NCBI GenBank assembly: GCA_964461525.1
Contig: CAYWUX010000004.1
Span: forward strand, 42,488-106,487
Length of the DNA: 64,000 nucleotides
Reading direction: 5' to 3'
Origin: an uncultured Hyphomicrobiaceae bacterium
GTDB taxonomy: Bacteria; Pseudomonadota; Alphaproteobacteria; Rhizobiales; CAYWUX01
Shown: positions 1-10,414 of the stretch, in pieces
Numbering within the stretch: position 1 is the first letter of the stretch
How the letters are laid out: every line of letters starts with the position of its first letter
The notes under the pieces: generated by a model
Told to the model about the DNA's origin: nothing
The model's database searches: none
Seen by the model: only the letters and a program-made list of their open reading frames with translations
Position numbers and translations under genes: made by a program

Positions 1-7
1 GCCAAAT

Positions 8-889
8 ATGCAAGTAATAGTTAGTAAGTATATAGTCCGAATTGTGTCTTACCTCTCGATTGGGATTATTTTCAGTTCAGCACAGTTGTTATATTCCACA
101 GCCCAAGTCCGGGCCGACAGCTCCTATTCCAAAATCAACGCCAAATATGACATTAAATTCAATGGTTTCCCGTTGGGGAACTTTGAACTCCAGTCTAATT
201 TATCGCGCAAAGCCTATTCGATGATTGGTTCAACGAAACTTTCGATACTCGAGGGTCTTTTGTTTGAATGGCAGGGTACCACGTCAAGCGTCGGAACGCT
301 GACAAAAGCAGGACCGCAGCCCAAGGCTTTCTCCTTTGATTTCCGCTCAAGCAAGAAATCTGAGCAATTGCAGATGCAGTTCGGCAGAAATTCCGTAAAA
401 AGCGTCGTCTCTCAACCGCCGGTGATTCCAAGTGCCATGCGAGTTCCCGTAACGGCCAAGCACCTTGAGAATGTCGTGGATCCCATGTCGGCACTCGTGC
501 TGTTGACGACTCCCAAGGGCTCCATCCCCTCACGCACAATTTGTGATCGAAAAATACCCGTATTTGACGGTAAAGAACGCTTCAACCTTGTGCTGTCCTA
601 TCGGCAAACACTCCCTGTCAGCGATTTCGGGACCCTGGGATCGCCACTATCTGCCTTTGTCTGTCGTGTAAAATACATACCGATTTCGGGGCATAGCAAA
701 ACCAATCAGCTCGCCAGTTACCTTTCTAAATCGGATGATATTGAAATTTGGATGCTCCCTGCGGAAAAAGCGAATATGTACTTTCCCTATCATATTTCCA
801 TACCAACACCATTTGGATTTGCAACGCTTACCGCAAAGTCCTTTTTAGTTGATCATTCTGATCGAGGTCGATTGGCGTTCGCCCGCTAA
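8..889 (+). CDS. Secreted hypothetical protein, DUF3108-like
   Basis: 293-aa ORF. The N-terminus has a signal-like hydrophobic segment and the body looks beta-rich (YDIKFNGFPLG...). The family name is from memory only. Confidence 0.45.
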   Translation: MQVIVSKYIVRIVSYLSIGIIFSSAQLLYSTAQVRADSSYSKINAKYDIKFNGFPLGNFELQSNLSRKAYSMIGSTKLSILEGLLFEWQGTTSSVGTLTKAGPQPKAFSFDFRSSKKSEQLQMQFGRNSVKSVVSQPPVIPSAMRVPVTAKHLENVVDPMSALVLLTTPKGSIPSRTICDRKIPVFDGKERFNLVLSYRQTLPVSDFGTLGSPLSAFVCRVKYIPISGHSKTNQLASYLSKSDDIEIWMLPAEKANMYFPYHISIPTPFGFATLTAKSFLVDHSDRGRLAFAR

Positions 890-1388
890 AGCCCTCCTCT
901 AAGTGGGACTAGGACTATTATCCAATACCTCAGAGACCTGCCATCGACTCTAATTCCTAAGGAATAGGTCGGAACTTCAAACATCGCAAAATATGCTAAA
1001 AACTAAATGAACGTGTTCCCGTTGGCGAAGATCCGAAAACACGACAAGACTTCCCGGACACCGTCATTTGAATTACCCTGTTTGTCAGCTTGATACTCCG
1101 ATAAAATATCGTGCCGTCAAGCTGAATGGCATCACAGATCAATTAATCAAAAAGACGTTCTTGCATTATTCAGAACATATTTGATAAAAATGTGCTTGTT
1201 TACGGCGGATAACTGCACATCTCGAAGGGACCTCAATATCTGGACCGCATCGAACGGATCACAATCACACAATATAATTTTCCGTAATTTGATACGAGCC
1301 CGAAAAACCCGATAGCCAAGCGAGTGCATTAAGTATAAGACCTCATCGAAACAATTTTTCAGACCCTTTTAGCCGCAGGAGGCTTAGG

Positions 1389-4300
1389 ATGAGCAGTGAT
1401 TATCTATCTCCATCCGAGAGAGGAACAATCGGGCGATCTGTCACGGCTGTTTTGGGTCCAACAAATACGGGAAAAACCCATTTGGCAATTGAACGTATGG
1501 TCGGACATCAATCCGGTCTGATCGGTCTTCCATTGCGACTGCTCGCCCGAGAAGTTTATGATCGCATAACATCCAAGATAAATCCCTCAGATGTGGCCCT
1601 GATTACCGGTGAAGAGCGCATCAAACCCGCTAATCCCAGGTATTATGTTTGTACTGTCGAAGCCATGCCCCGCGACATAGAGGTGGATTTCTTGGCTGTT
1701 GATGAAATTCAGCTCGCAGCGGACCTTGAACGCGGTCATGTTTTCACTAACAGGCTCCTGTCGGCGCGCGGTCAATCGGAGACTCTCCTTCTTGGCTCAC
1801 TGACAATGCGTGATGTCATCGCGAAACTCCTTCCAGGTTCCAATCTTATAACCCGACCCCGCCTTTCGAAACTCACCTATTCCGGTCAGAAAAAATTAAC
1901 CCGACTGCCGCGACGCACGGCAATCGTCGCGTTCTCCGCCAACGAAGTTTATGAAATCGCGGAACTGATCCGGCGGCAACGCGGCGGCGCGGCCGTTGTT
2001 CTTGGCGCGTTAAGCCCGCGAACGAGAAATGCACAAGTGGAACTTTATCAAAACGGCGATGTTGATTTTCTGATAGCTACCGATGCTATCGGAATGGGTT
2101 TAAATTTGAACGTCAGTCATGTGGCTTTTGCTGCAACTCGGAAGTTTGACGGTCGGTATCATCGGGAACTTATTCCAGCAGAACTCTCCCAGATAGCGGG
2201 AAGAGCAGGTCGTTACATGAACGATGGTACTTTTGGCGTAACTGGCAATGTGGAACCATTCGAAACGGATATTATTAACCAGCTGGAATCTCACGAATTC
2301 GCGCCGACAAAGGTCTTGCAGTGGCGAAATTCGGATTTGGAGTTTTCATCCCTTGACGCTTTAAAAGATAGTCTAGCAGAAAACCCGGCCCAGCCCAACT
2401 TGGCAAGGGCAAGAATGTCAGATGACATGGTAGCACTTGAAAATGTCAGTCTTAACCCGAAAGTCAAATCGACGGCGATCGCACCGGCGGCCGTGAGAAA
2501 GTTATGGGACCTCTGTCAGATCCCGGACTATCGAAAAATTTCAACCGCCAATCACGCCGAAATAATATTGGAACTCTATAGATTTGCCATGAGTGAGACT
2601 GGTCAGATTCCTGAAGATTGGATGGCCAAACAGGTTGAATTTGCCAATCGGACAGATGGCGATATCGACACACTTTCCAACCGCATCTCACATATTAGAA
2701 CCTGGACCTTTGTTTCAAACCGGCCAGATTTACTGGATGACCCGACCCACTGGCAGGAACTTACAAAAAACATAGAGGACCGGTTGTCTGATGCCCTGCA
2801 TGAACAGCTGATGAAACGATTTGTGGATCAGCGGACATCTGTACTGATGAAGCGGTTGCAGGACCAGGACGAAATGTTTGCAGAGATTTCGTCGGATGGG
2901 AAAATATTCGTCGAGAAGCATTTTGTTGGGAAACTGCTTGGCTTCAGATTTACACCGGATAATAGTGCCGACGGCATACACGGCAAGGCAGCCAGAAACG
3001 CAGCAGCCAAGGTTCTTTCCAAAGAGCTTGATTTGCGCACCCGAAAAGTCTGCGCCGCAAAAAGCAATGCTTTTCAGCTAAGCCGGAATGGCGCAATTCA
3101 ATGGCGCGACGAAGAAATTGCGTTCCTCGAAGCTTCGGATGATCATCTCAAACCTGGAATTTCGATACTGGCAGATGAGCATCTGTCTACGGGTAATCGT
3201 GACAAAATAATATCGCGTTTGCAGGAGTGGATCGAAGAGCAAGTCCAGGAAAAACTCCGACCTCTTGTGGCGTTAGCCAACGCCAAAGAGTTTTCCGGTC
3301 TGGCCCGCGGCATTGCATTCAGACTTCAAGAAAATTTTGGCATACTGAGAAGAGAAGATGTCTCGGAAGAGCTACGATCTCTGGATCAGACCGCACGTAG
3401 TCAGTTACGCAAATACGGCATTCGTTTCGGCGCATTCAATATCTACTTCCCGAGCTTGCTGAAGCCCGCAGCAAATGAACTGACATTGATATTGTGGATT
3501 CTGCGATACGGCAAGCAGTACGGCTTCAGCTTGTCAGAATATCCAGCCCCTCCTAAAGCCGGTCTGACTTCGGTTAACATGATGCCAGATATTCCTGAAT
3601 CCTTTTACGTCGCTGCTGGATTCAAACCCTGCGGAACTAGAGCCGTACGCATAGACATGATTGAGCGTCTTTCCGATATGATTAGAATCTTAACCTCATG
3701 GCGTCAAAAAGATGGTGGTCAGGACAGGCCACCCGAAGGGGCGACCGGAGACGGAGGATTTGTAATTCAGCCTGCGATGATGTCCATATTGGGTTGCTCA
3801 CCCGAAGAACTTGGAGACATTTTAAGGTTTTTGAATTTCCGAAGTGAGGGCCGGTCTGCTTGTGACATGAACACCAAAGGACGGACCGATCAGGCCGGCA
3901 AACACGGCGATACCTTTTCAGTTAATTCCGACCAAAGCCCCGATACCCCCACACGGTCAACATTGGACGACGCTCGCAATACCACCATGAAAATTGATAA
4001 GGCTGAGGTGGCGGCACAGCTCTACACCCCGACGCAGGAGGCCGGTGAAAGCCAAGACGCGGCAACGCAAACAGCCTCGGGGACCGAGTCGCGGTCAACT
4101 TCCCAGGAGTCGGGCATCAAATATACTGAGCCTAATCAACCATCCGACTCCGAAACCAATGATGAAAAAGAATTGTCCAGACTGAATCGGCAGGAGCTTG
4201 TCTGGCGTCCTGTTCGGCGGAAGTCGGTTCAGCGACGCAATAACACCCGAACCCGACCACATCAGGAGAAAACTGAAAAATACTCGTCGCGCCATTCTAA

Positions 4301-4463
4301 GGGAGGTAAGAAGAAATTGTCACGCGGTCACAAACCCGGAAGCGCTGACAAATCTTCAAAGAAAACCACGCAAAAACAGGCGCGGATTGACCCTGATTCT
4401 CCATTCGCGGCACTCAAACAACTGAGAGATGATCTTGAAAGTCAAAACTCAGACCAGCGGTGA
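1389..4463 (+). CDS. ATP-dependent helicase (SUV3-like, superfamily 2) with a long disordered basic C-terminal tail
   Basis: Walker A GPTNTGKTH, DEIQ box, helicase C motifs (ATDAIGMGLN, QIAGRAGR). AGGAGG lies upstream of the ATG. Sits in the helicase-S4-fdxA-carD order typical of Alphaproteobacteria. Confidence 0.85.
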   Translation: MSSDYLSPSERGTIGRSVTAVLGPTNTGKTHLAIERMVGHQSGLIGLPLRLLAREVYDRITSKINPSDVALITGEERIKPANPRYYVCTVEAMPRDIEVDFLAVDEIQLAADLERGHVFTNRLLSARGQSETLLLGSLTMRDVIAKLLPGSNLITRPRLSKLTYSGQKKLTRLPRRTAIVAFSANEVYEIAELIRRQRGGAAVVLGALSPRTRNAQVELYQNGDVDFLIATDAIGMGLNLNVSHVAFAATRKFDGRYHRELIPAELSQIAGRAGRYMNDGTFGVTGNVEPFETDIINQLESHEFAPTKVLQWRNSDLEFSSLDALKDSLAENPAQPNLARARMSDDMVALENVSLNPKVKSTAIAPAAVRKLWDLCQIPDYRKISTANHAEIILELYRFAMSETGQIPEDWMAKQVEFANRTDGDIDTLSNRISHIRTWTFVSNRPDLLDDPTHWQELTKNIEDRLSDALHEQLMKRFVDQRTSVLMKRLQDQDEMFAEISSDGKIFVEKHFVGKLLGFRFTPDNSADGIHGKAARNAAAKVLSKELDLRTRKVCAAKSNAFQLSRNGAIQWRDEEIAFLEASDDHLKPGISILADEHLSTGNRDKIISRLQEWIEEQVQEKLRPLVALANAKEFSGLARGIAFRLQENFGILRREDVSEELRSLDQTARSQLRKYGIRFGAFNIYFPSLLKPAANELTLILWILRYGKQYGFSLSEYPAPPKAGLTSVNMMPDIPESFYVAAGFKPCGTRAVRIDMIERLSDMIRILTSWRQKDGGQDRPPEGATGDGGFVIQPAMMSILGCSPEELGDILRFLNFRSEGRSACDMNTKGRTDQAGKHGDTFSVNSDQSPDTPTRSTLDDARNTTMKIDKAEVAAQLYTPTQEAGESQDAATQTASGTESRSTSQESGIKYTEPNQPSDSETNDEKELSRLNRQELVWRPVRRKSVQRRNNTRTRPHQEKTEKYSSRHSKGGKKKLSRGHKPGSADKSSKKTTQKQARIDPDSPFAALKQLRDDLESQNSDQR

Positions 4464-4467
4464 CACG

Positions 4468-4872
4468 ATGCCATTAAAGTTCCAGCGTATTGACAAATGG
4501 CTTTGGTACTCAAGACTGATTAAAACTCGCACTCAGGCGAGCCGGTTGATTGCTGCTGGTAAAGTCCGGGTGAATCGGACACGCGTCCAGAAACCGGCAG
4601 CTAATCTTCATGTCGGTGATGTTGTGACCGCTGTAATCAATGGAAGAGTCAGAGTGGCAAAGATAATGGAGCTGGGGCGACGGCGAGGCCCCCCTATGGA
4701 AGCAAGCCTGCTTTATGAAGATTTGACTCCGGTTCAAAATTCTGCCTCCCCAAGCAAGAATGATTTTCCTGTTAAGGCCCCCTCCCGGGACAAGGGGATG
4801 GGGAGACCGACCAAAAGAGACCGGAGGAAATTGGATCATTTTCGGGATAAGGCGCATTTCAGCGACAATTAA
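4468..4872 (+). CDS. RNA-binding S4 domain protein (Hsp15-like)
   Basis: Sequence MPLKFQRIDKWLWYSRLIKTRTQASRLIAAGKVRVN is an S4 fold signature. An internal ATG at 4468 was chosen, 5 nt after the helicase stop. Confidence 0.8.
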   Translation: MPLKFQRIDKWLWYSRLIKTRTQASRLIAAGKVRVNRTRVQKPAANLHVGDVVTAVINGRVRVAKIMELGRRRGPPMEASLLYEDLTPVQNSASPSKNDFPVKAPSRDKGMGRPTKRDRRKLDHFRDKAHFSDN

Positions 4873-5106
4873 TGACAAATAAGCTGCCTCAAATTTGCCC
4901 GCTGGCAGAAAATTTACTGCTGATGGAGTCGAAATTTTAGATTTCCCATCCAAATGTCCAATTGATTATCAAGTTACACTTGTGCTTTTTCCACAATTCA
5001 GTTAGGGATTTGCCGAATTTCAAAGTGAAATGATCAAATACCGATAAAATATAGTATTTTCAGTATTTTCAAAGATGCAGCGACGCTTGGGCGAATGGAG
5101 ATATTT

Positions 5107-5445
5107 ATGACTTACGTTGTCATCGATGCATGCATTAAATGCAAATATACAGACTGCGTCGAGGTCTGCCCGGTCGACTGCTTTTACGAAGGTGAAAACA
5201 TGCTTGTAATACAGCCTGACGAATGTATCGATTGTGGGGTGTGCGAGCCTGAATGCCCTGTCGAAGCCATAAAACCCGATACCGAACCCGGGTTGGAGAA
5301 ATGGCTGGAGATTAATCTCGAATATTCCGAAAAGTGGCCCAATATAACTACAAAAAGAGAAAATCTTCCGGATGCGGAGAAATATGAAAAAGAAACGGAA
5401 AAATTTGAGAAATACTTTTCACCAGAACCCGGTGAAGGAGATTAA
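5107..5445 (+). CDS. fdxA: 7Fe ferredoxin (3Fe-4S plus 4Fe-4S)
   Basis: [28 protein letters not shown]...[12 protein letters not shown] is the classic FdxA cysteine pattern. Start taken at ATG 5107. Confidence 0.92.
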   Translation: MTYVVIDACIKCKYTDCVEVCPVDCFYEGENMLVIQPDECIDCGVCEPECPVEAIKPDTEPGLEKWLEINLEYSEKWPNITTKRENLPDAEKYEKETEKFEKYFSPEPGEGD

Positions 5446-5942
5446 TGGGAGGACTTGTTAATAATTATCGTTAATATATTGCTGAATTTAGCTTAATTGT
5501 GAGTGATAAAACCATAAAATTTGAGAATTTCTAACGTAAATTAGAGAGCTGCGCTTTAATTTATCCCAATTTTGTGTTATGATTTCTAATAATTGGCGTT
5601 CGTTGCTGGATTATTAAGTTTTGCTCTATTGGGATCTTGAACATTCAAATCTCCCGAATTTTGTTAGTTTTTGCTGAAGCCCGCATATTTGCAGGCATTT
5701 CATCCATGAACCTGCCTATCAAAGAGCTTGAGAACAACCGGCTACGAGACCAAATAAGTATGGTGGATGAGATACATTGATTGGGATGTTGGCAGTTTCC
5801 ACCGATCAACAACGTAGCAGCGGTACAAAGTTTCTCACCGCAAACCTTAGTCTGCTCACTCAATTGAGCCGCTGATAATAAACGTTTCGCTTAATGGCGC
5901 GTTACGCCTTTGGCTGAACAATTAACAGACCGGGATGTAATA

Positions 5943-6530
5943 ATGGCTGCAAAGAATACTAAAAAGACCCCCCCACAACAACGGCATGGATTTCGTCGAA
6001 ATGAGTTTATAGTTTACCCATCGCACGGTGTCGGACAGATATTGAACATTGAAGAGGAAGAGATTGCCGGTGCGGCTCTTGAATTATTTGTTATAAACTT
6101 CCAGCATGACAAAATGACTTTGCGTGTCCCAACTTCAAAATGTGCTGATGTCGGGATGAGAAAGCTGTCAGATGAGTCCGTTGTGAAAAAAGCAATGTCG
6201 ACCCTGAAGGGAAAAGCCCGAATAAAACGCACAATGTGGAGCCGTCGAGCCCAAGAGTATGAAGCCAAAATCAATTCCGGTGATTTGGTGTCCATTGCTG
6301 AGGTTGTTCGTGATCTTTATCGATCCGACACCCAACCGGAACAGTCCTATTCTGAACGGCAACTCTATGAATCAGCGCTCGACCGTATGTCACGGGAAAT
6401 TGCGGCCGTGCAAAAAGTTGAAGAAGGTATCGCTGTTCAGTCGATTACAGATATATTGTCAAAAAGCACTACGGAAAGTCAAAAAGCCGAATTGGAAAGC
6501 GCCAACGAGGAAGAAGAACAGGCCGCCTGA
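5943..6530 (+). CDS. carD: CarD/CdnL family RNA-polymerase-binding transcription regulator
   Basis: FRRNEFIVYPSHGVGQI...LELFVI.F...KMTLRVP...MRKL matches the CarD_TRCF domain. ATG 5943 is preferred over the upstream TTG at 5910. Confidence 0.88.
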   Translation: MAAKNTKKTPPQQRHGFRRNEFIVYPSHGVGQILNIEEEEIAGAALELFVINFQHDKMTLRVPTSKCADVGMRKLSDESVVKKAMSTLKGKARIKRTMWSRRAQEYEAKINSGDLVSIAEVVRDLYRSDTQPEQSYSERQLYESALDRMSREIAAVQKVEEGIAVQSITDILSKSTTESQKAELESANEEEEQAA

Positions 6531-6588
6531 CTATCGCCTCCAATCATAGCCTTATCCTGATGGCATTGTTTAAATCTAGAAACAATAA

Positions 6589-6618
6589 TTGCCGGCACAT
6601 TCAGTGCCGGCAATTTTG
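6589..6618 (+). terminator. Rho-independent terminator after carD
   Basis: The stem TTGCCGGCAC / GTGCCGGCAA has a 6-nt loop and is followed by TTTTG. Confidence 0.7.
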
Positions 6619-6996
6619 CTTCAGCTACGACTTAACCCACACAATATCTTACATTCTTGATTCTGCATCGCTGTAACTTGATTCTTCGTTATGGAGTTTT
6701 ATTTCTGATTGTTCTGGCCGTGGCTGCCTCGCCAGCAGGGCCTCCGTTCAAGAAACTTCAGCTCAGCAAGATACTCATCATATTTGTCCCGATCAGCCTG
6801 TTTGCGAATTTCGGGATCGTCCCGGCCATCGCCGGATCCTGCCTTTTCAAATTTGTCAGATTGCACCGGGGACACTCCTCAAAAAATTATATTCCCGAAC
6901 TTGATCAAGTAAAATATGATTGACTAAAAGTCGTTGATTGGACAAGTTTAACTGCTTTTCCCATAAATGTTAATAACCTCAAAAGGTGTGATAACC

Positions 6997-7920
6997 ATGA
7001 AAGCAGCCTATATAGAGGAATTTGGAGGACCCGAAGTCCTGAAATTTGGAGAATTACCCGATCCGATTGCCCGCGAGGGGGAAGTGGTCCTCGACATTCA
7101 CGCAGCATCAGTAAATGGAGCTGACTGGAAAGTCCGATCAAACAGGTACGGTCAGAAACTTACCTTTCCTTATATTCTGGGTAGAGATTTCTCCGGCACC
7201 GTTAGCGCACTTGGCCCGGGAGCCGATGAGTTTGAGGTGGGCGATGAGGTCTTTGGCGTTTGCGACGTAGGGCAGGAAGGCAGCTATGCCGAAAAGATAT
7301 CAATGAAGGAAGAAATTATCGCCCATAAACCTGCGACCCTTTCTCATATAGATGCGGCATCTGTCGCCCTTATCGGTTTGACTGCCCTAAAGTCTATTGA
7401 AGAAACGCTCATGCTGAAGTCTGGAGAAAAAATTCTCATCCAAGGCGGGGCTGGCGGAGTAGCAAGTTTCGCCGTCCAACTCGCCAAGCATATCGGTGCC
7501 TATGTTGTGACCACTGCAAGTGTTCAAAATCATGAGTATCTTGCAAAACTCGGTGCCGATGAAATTATTGACTACAACAAACAGGATTTTACCCGGTTAG
7601 TCTCCGACTGTGACGCTGTTCTTGATACTGTTGGCGGAGATGTGGCACTTAAATCTTTTGAAGTTCTAAAATCAGGAGGTCGTGCCGCATTTATTGCATC
7701 GGGTGTAAACGCTCCAGAATCGCCGAGACCCGACGTAACTTCATTACGACCCGCAGTGAACCGAGATCGAGATCACATTGTTCGTATAGTTGAACTGATA
7801 AACTCCGGAGCAATCCAATTGCCTGAGACGAAACTGTTCGCATTGTCTGAAGCTGCAGAAGCACACAGAATAAGCGAAGCGCGACATCTTCGGGGAAAGC
7901 TTGTATTTAAGGTTCGGTAG
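6997..7920 (+). CDS. NADPH:quinone oxidoreductase / zinc-type alcohol dehydrogenase family (MDR)
   Basis: MKAAYIEEFGGPEVLK...ASVNGADWK...GGAGGVASFAVQLAK is typical of quinone oxidoreductase-like MDR proteins. Confidence 0.8.
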   Translation: MKAAYIEEFGGPEVLKFGELPDPIAREGEVVLDIHAASVNGADWKVRSNRYGQKLTFPYILGRDFSGTVSALGPGADEFEVGDEVFGVCDVGQEGSYAEKISMKEEIIAHKPATLSHIDAASVALIGLTALKSIEETLMLKSGEKILIQGGAGGVASFAVQLAKHIGAYVVTTASVQNHEYLAKLGADEIIDYNKQDFTRLVSDCDAVLDTVGGDVALKSFEVLKSGGRAAFIASGVNAPESPRPDVTSLRPAVNRDRDHIVRIVELINSGAIQLPETKLFALSEAAEAHRISEARHLRGKLVFKVR

Positions 7921-8013
7921 CCTCCGTCTGCACGGCACTGATTATGACTCAGTTCCGAATTCAGCTGCGTCCATCCAGGACAGTGCAACAAAAACCAAAA
8001 TTAGCAGATAGTT

Positions 8014-8253
8014 TCAGGCGCAATTGCCCCAATAGCTGTCAAGCAGCTTATGGTACGCCTTTGAGTTGGCCTGTCCCCTGGCAACCATCTGATCCAATCG
8101 GCGTTTTTGATCCTTGCAACTAGAATTCAATGATTTTGGACTGCCGCCCATCCCGGCACTATCTTGATCGGCAACAGGCGTACAGGCAGTGGTGGCTGCC
8201 AAAAATGACAGAAAAATCAGAGTTCTAGATATGAATTTACAGATATTTGACAA
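8014..8253 (-). CDS. Small putative lipoprotein
   Basis: 79-aa ORF with a signal peptide ending in the lipobox-like LAATTAC. No recognisable family. Confidence 0.4.
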   Translation of the reverse strand: MSNICKFISRTLIFLSFLAATTACTPVADQDSAGMGGSPKSLNSSCKDQKRRLDQMVARGQANSKAYHKLLDSYWGNCA

Positions 8254-8473
8254 AATTTACCCCCAATATCTTTTGCTTGGAGTCTAACACCGTCTTAATA
8301 GAGCGGTCATCGAATTTATTAATTAATCCAAAATTTTATTGACCCACACACGAACAACTCCTGATGGCCCGGTTATCGGCATTTTATTGGGTCACTCTGG
8401 ACTGCGATGAGTTCGGACCATATATATGCAACAGTTGTCAATTAGAATATGACGCAGCTGGAGAAACTTGTAA

Positions 8474-9379
8474 GTGTCAATTCGACCAGTAAAAAGAATT
8501 CTGAAATCACAACCTGCCATTGAAGGCGCGGGTGTCAAACTTCACCGCGCCTTTGGATTTGGTGATACGGATTCAACAGATCCTTTTCTATTGCTTGATG
8601 ATTTTCGCAATGACCGACCAGATGATTATATCCGGGGATTTCCGTGGCATCCGCACCGCGGAATAGAAACTATCTCATATGTGCTCTCCGGAACGGTATC
8701 GCATGGCGACAGCCTCGGAAATAGCGGAACTCTTGGAGCTGGAGATGTACAGTGGATGACGGCCGGCAGCGGAATTTTACATCAGGAAATGCCTGAAGGA
8801 GATGCTGAGGGCCGTATGCACGGCTTTCAGCTTTGGGCGAACCTGCCTCGGTCCCTGAAAATGACAGCTCCGCGTTACCAGGATGTGGAAGCGAAGGACA
8901 TACCCGAAATCACTGAAGACGACGGTACACGTGTCCGCATCATATGCGGCGAGTTTTGGGGTCAAAAAGGACCTGTAGACGGTATCGCCGCAGACCCCCG
9001 CTATCTGGACGTGTGGATACCACCTGGAAAACGGAAGGTTCTGGCCGTAGAGATTGAACGTAGCGCTTTTGCCTATATCTTTGAAGGCTCGGGAAATTTT
9101 CGCGATTCTTCCGATCCCTTTGGCGTCCTCACGGAAAAGGAAAGTTCTGACGGTCGCGAATATTATGCGCGCGAACCTGTTGGCAATCGATCCCTGGTTT
9201 TATTTGACCGTGGTGATGAAGTCGTTGTGCAGGCGGGCGATGAGGGGCTTCGATTCCTGTTGGTATCGGGCAAACCGATTCGAGAGCCGGTTGCCTGGCA
9301 TGGTCCTATCGTCATGAACAGCCAGTCAGAACTACAACAGGCGATAAAAGAATTGCACGACGGCAGTTTCATCAAATAG
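8474..9379 (+). CDS. Pirin family protein
   Basis: GFPWHPHRGIETISYVLSG...H.DS.GN.G....GDVQWMTAGSGI.H.E motifs of pirin. GTG start. Confidence 0.88.
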   Translation: MSIRPVKRILKSQPAIEGAGVKLHRAFGFGDTDSTDPFLLLDDFRNDRPDDYIRGFPWHPHRGIETISYVLSGTVSHGDSLGNSGTLGAGDVQWMTAGSGILHQEMPEGDAEGRMHGFQLWANLPRSLKMTAPRYQDVEAKDIPEITEDDGTRVRIICGEFWGQKGPVDGIAADPRYLDVWIPPGKRKVLAVEIERSAFAYIFEGSGNFRDSSDPFGVLTEKESSDGREYYAREPVGNRSLVLFDRGDEVVVQAGDEGLRFLLVSGKPIREPVAWHGPIVMNSQSELQQAIKELHDGSFIK

Positions 9380-9620
9380 GCTGCCTTCTCTGCAAGCTTG
9401 ATCACCGGATTATGTTGTTAATGAAAGTCAACACCGTCAGCGACTTCTTTCTTCGCATGCAGTAACGCTCAGCCGTCTTTAACCTGGTAGAGATAAACCG
9501 TTTCCAGACCTATTTCTGTCCTGCAGAGGACCAGCATGCCCGATAGCGGGTACGGCGACACTCAAGACATCCGGAACAATCTGACAGAAATTTATCAGCT
9601 CTGCGCTGCAATCAACGAGA

Positions 9621-10022
9621 CTATTGATTTGCAGGGGTCCCCCTGATACCGGATCTCAGGTCTTTGCATGTAAAAAATGTGCAATCCTGTTCGGAAATGA
9701 CCCGAGTACCATGCACAGAATTAGGTGGCAAATAAATTAACTCTCCAGGACCGGCTTCAATTGTCCGACCATCGATCGTCGTTTTGACACGTCCTTCTAT
9801 GATGTAAATCCATTGTTCGTTCGGATGAGAGTGAGGTTTTGCCTCGCCACCACTTGCTATCGTCATTAATCCAACCGTGGTAAGTTCTCCCTCGATTACC
9901 GGTCCGAGCGTCTGACCATAGCCCTCAGCCGCGTTAATCTTAGTCAGGGATTTCATATCGAAATGGGTATGATTCGCATCCGCTTTATGTGCTCCATCTG
10001 TTTTAAGTTTATGTTCGACCAT
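9621..10022 (-). CDS. Cupin domain protein
   Basis: 133 aa with the cupin motifs G.E.KPHSHPNEQWIYIIEG and PPNSVHG. Confidence 0.7.
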   Translation of the reverse strand: MVEHKLKTDGAHKADANHTHFDMKSLTKINAAEGYGQTLGPVIEGELTTVGLMTIASGGEAKPHSHPNEQWIYIIEGRVKTTIDGRTIEAGPGELIYLPPNSVHGTRVISEQDCTFFTCKDLRSGIRGTPANQ

Positions 10023-10414
10023 ATCGTCACTCCCGGATTATCTTGTCAGCCACATAACTTTATCAGCGCTTATTTAATCAAATCGCGACAACGCGAATGA
10101 TTTATAGATGCCGCAATGGACTATAATGACAGTGTTCGCAAAAATTTTAAAGTCTCTGGGATTTGCAAAACCTCCCCTCTTGAAACTTCAACTGATGAAG
10201 TTCTAGTTGAAAGATACAGGAAATCTGATTTCATGCGCTATCTTTCCGCGCTCGATCAGAAGGTATTAATCGTTCGGTGTAGATTAATACCTATCTGGTA
10301 CATATATAGATTAAGAGTATAGAGCACAAGGATTTCAGGTCGGACTGGCCGGTTAAATCAGAACGGAATTAAAATTAATGATCAGAAAACGACATCAGAT
10401 GAAGGAACAGGTCC

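Noticed and set aside
3994-4425. Two ORFs (63 and 75 aa) in alternative frames within the helicase 3' region.
   Set aside because: They are by-products of the low-complexity purine-rich tail. The helicase frame is continuous to 4463 and is followed immediately by the S4 gene.
6657-6923. 88-aa hydrophobic plus-strand ORF after the carD terminator.
   Set aside because: It has no RBS and a non-ATG start, and is antisense to a better-supported (though still uncertain) small ORF. Left uncalled.
10116-10322. 68-aa ORF in the cupin / DUF4337 intergenic region. Also a 32-codon ORF at 10378-10476.
   Set aside because: They have no recognisable motif and no SD. The 68-aa ORF contains the AT-rich inverted repeat. 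The 32-codon ORF overlaps the ArfA-like ORF in another frame and has weaker initiation context.
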